From a virus (taxonomy: Duplodnaviria > Caudoviricetes), in the IMG/VR virus record IMGVR_UViG_3300050011_000061, positions 7,921 to 71,920 of that record: 64,000 nucleotides of DNA. One strand, given 5' to 3'. Of this stretch, positions 62,005-64,000 are shown piece after piece. How positions within the stretch are numbered: the stretch's first letter is position 1; every line of letters begins with the position of its first letter. Under the pieces are notes generated by a model. It saw only the letters and a list, made by a program, of their open reading frames with translations. It was not told where the DNA came from and did no database searches. Position numbers and translations under genes: made by a program.

Positions 62005-63513
62005 TTACATAAGCTCGATTGAAGCGAGGGATATTTTTTGTACCGACTGACCATCAAGATACCAGAACGTGCAGGGCGGTGAGCCACGGGCTTGGCGCAC
62101 CTGCGGCGAAGCATCCAACACCTGCAAGTACCAGCCACGCTGATTAAGCGTGTTGCTGATGGTAACGCCTGCTGCATTGTTAACCTCGGCGGCCTGCGCC
62201 ATGGATAGCGTAACGCCAGCGCGGAATGCACCAAAGTTGAAACCCTGATTGATGGGGTCGAGACAAGCGGCCTCGATTAGCGAGTAGCCCGCCGCGTTGT
62301 AGGGAATCGACTTGGCGTTGACCAACAATTCCATCAAAGCCAACTGGAACTGATTGTTGAGCCAAATCTGATCAATGTAACTATCAAACCATTGGAACGG
62401 CCCTGACACCGAACCAGGATAGAAGAAGATGAACCCCTGATTGGCGGTAGCGTAGGCACCATAAAAATTGTAGCCGTTGGCAATCAAGTTATCGCCAGTA
62501 GTCTGATCAGTGACCGGGGCGGATAGCCCAGCTTGCGAACGGAAAGCGAATGTAACGCGACCATTATGTTCGCTAAAATCTATCGATGCGGCCGAACCAC
62601 AGATAAACGCCGCCAGCGTGGCATCGGTGGCAGAGATAAGACATGTACCAGAGTATTCATTGAGCGTCAGCAGATAGCCGAGCGAGGAAGTTGCCGGCAC
62701 CACGGTCTTTGGCGTAGCGTCGGAATCCCAGCAGACATAGCCGTAGCGATCGTTCTGGAGACTGTTCCATGTCGCAAACGCCAGCTTGTTGGTGTTGCCG
62801 GAGACGTCCGGATCGAACGCCGTCATGAAGGTGGCCCAATCTTGAGTCGCCTGCGTAAGGGCCGTCATAAATGGGCCAGGGGTTGCCGCCACGGCGCCCT
62901 GGGATGTTACCGCTCCCGATGCTGCCGTTAGCATTATTGCCGTAGCAAGATTATTAGTAGCAGCATAACTTATAGTCGCCCCGGAACCAGTAGCCGTGGT
63001 GGTAATGACGAAGGCGCCAGCGATGCTGTCGTAGGAGGTGGTGAACGGCAGCGCACCTGAGCCGAAACCGGCCTGGATGACATTGGCAGCGGCTGAGAAC
63101 GAGCCGACGGTGCCGAAGGAGACCGCCGCGGCGGTGTAGCCCGAACCGTTCACAGTGACGGTCAGCGCCCCGACTGTGAGAGCATTGAGCTGGGCAATCG
63201 TCAGCGTGTCAATCGGGCCACCGCGCAGGTAGCCAGCCACCGAAGCCGTGGGGTACTGCGCAAAGTACACGCGTGCCGGCTTGATATTGGAATTATCGAA
63301 GCCGTTGAAGTAAATCATGCTCAGCGCCTCCTCAGTGGAGGACGGACCGAAGTAGTTGCTGACGTCAACCTGGTTGCTGAATGGCTGCACCGCGCCGATG
63401 GGCACGCGGGAGTTAGTCGTCAGGATGACGCCGATGATGTCGAGCGCGCGACCGCCCGCGCTGAGGACGGCTGGATTGACTTGAACGATCGCAGAAGCCG
63501 GAATTGTGGTCAT
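62005..63513 (-). CDS. Contractile tail sheath protein (DUF3383)
   Basis: IPAS.IV.V.P.VL.AGG, YFG..S.E, NGYNFYG.YAT, IPYN..G, WY.DG.SVQ. Confidence 0.9.
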   Translation of the reverse strand: MTTIPASAIVQVNPAVLSAGGRALDIIGVILTTNSRVPIGAVQPFSNQVDVSNYFGPSSTEEALSMIYFNGFDNSNIKPARVYFAQYPTASVAGYLRGGPIDTLTIAQLNALTVGALTVTVNGSGYTAAAVSFGTVGSFSAAANVIQAGFGSGALPFTTSYDSIAGAFVITTTATGSGATISYAATNNLATAIMLTAASGAVTSQGAVAATPGPFMTALTQATQDWATFMTAFDPDVSGNTNKLAFATWNSLQNDRYGYVCWDSDATPKTVVPATSSLGYLLTLNEYSGTCLISATDATLAAFICGSAASIDFSEHNGRVTFAFRSQAGLSAPVTDQTTGDNLIANGYNFYGAYATANQGFIFFYPGSVSGPFQWFDSYIDQIWLNNQFQLALMELLVNAKSIPYNAAGYSLIEAACLDPINQGFNFGAFRAGVTLSMAQAAEVNNAAGVTISNTLNQRGWYLQVLDASPQVRQARGSPPCTFWYLDGQSVQKISLASIELM

Positions 63514-63527
63514 TGGCTAGTTTCTCC

Positions 63528-64000
63528 TCATGCGGGGAACTCGATGTCGGCGGGCACCCGCTCGACGGTGATGGAGTCAAAGAATTGCTGCGGGATATCA
63601 TTGACGGTGGTGTTCACCTGGAAGCAGGCTTCCACGATCCACCGCTCTTCGATCTGCTGGTTCTCGTTTTGAAACGTGATCTGCTTTGGATCGTTGGCAT
63701 ACAGTGGCACTACACCAACGTTGAGAACCTTGAAGGCTTGGCAAGCAAAATCATCGCGCAGCATCGTACTCACAATCTGCGCGTTATCTCCGCCATTCGG
63801 CCCGTGAACATCCAACTGAATCGTAAGCTCAGTTGGCGCCAGCGCGTTGAGCACGCCAGCTGCCAGCACGCCGCCGCCGACCGAACCGCTGGGCGCCACG
63901 CTGTAGACCCCCGTGCCGCCGACGGAGCCAGACACCTGCGACTGCACCGAGAACACCACTCCGGTGCCGCCGACCGCACTAAACACAACGGAGCCTACTT
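63528..64000 (-). CDS. Neck/tail terminator-like protein, partial (start outside window)
   Basis: IQLDVHGP...DNA......LRD, PLYA.DP.Q..F.N...Q.E.RW; upstream of the sheath gene. Confidence 0.7.
   Translation of the reverse strand, partial: VGSVVFSAVGGTGVVFSVQSQVSGSVGGTGVYSVAPSGSVGGGVLAAGVLNALAPTELTIQLDVHGPNGGDNAQIVSTMLRDDFACQAFKVLNVGVVPLYANDPKQITFQNENQQIEERWIVEACFQVNTTVNDIPQQFFDSITVERVPADIEFPA

Noticed and set aside
49225-64000. Tailocin or extracellular contractile injection system
   Set aside because: Terminase, portal and replication genes in the same window show a complete phage.

Overview
The whole window is a tailed dsDNA phage genome segment, probably circularly permuted. It has a contractile myovirus tail of the DUF3383-sheath / baseplate-J / DUF2612 type. 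Gene content (TSCPD protein, DUF3489, FixL-like PAS, HpnG-like phosphorylase) suggests an alphaproteobacterial, probably Hyphomicrobiales/Bradyrhizobiaceae-like, host; this is an inference. Layout: (1) 1-10.7 kb, minus strand: NusG-like antiterminator, terminases, portal, head morphogenesis protein, then an unusual fibre cluster. (2) 10.8-11.1 kb: candidate origin. (3) 11.2-26.5 kb, minus strand: primase-helicase, SF2 helicase, Cas4-like nuclease, SSB, Sak4-like ATPase, VRR-NUC, family-B polymerase, beta-clamp homologue, DNA methylase, early genes. (4) 26.8-41.3 kb, plus strand: early genes, a five-enzyme nucleotide-sugar pathway, then an array of small genes. (5) 41.4-64 kb, minus strand: tail, baseplate, fibres and an expanded lysis/envelope module. 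No major capsid, protease, integrase, tRNA or CRISPR is visible; capsid genes probably lie outside the window. Three observations stand out. (a) At 37.1-41.3 kb most gene junctions carry a 31-bp imperfect palindrome (12-bp arm, 7-bp variable spacer, 12-bp arm) shaped like a tyrosine-recombinase site, a candidate integron-like phage gene-cassette array. (b) Fibre/spike-like proteins with S74 chaperones, and their small neighbours, carry Sec-type signal peptides and paired cysteines. (c) A phage-domesticated branched/deoxy-sugar pathway is present. All family calls come from motif recognition by eye; no searches were run.
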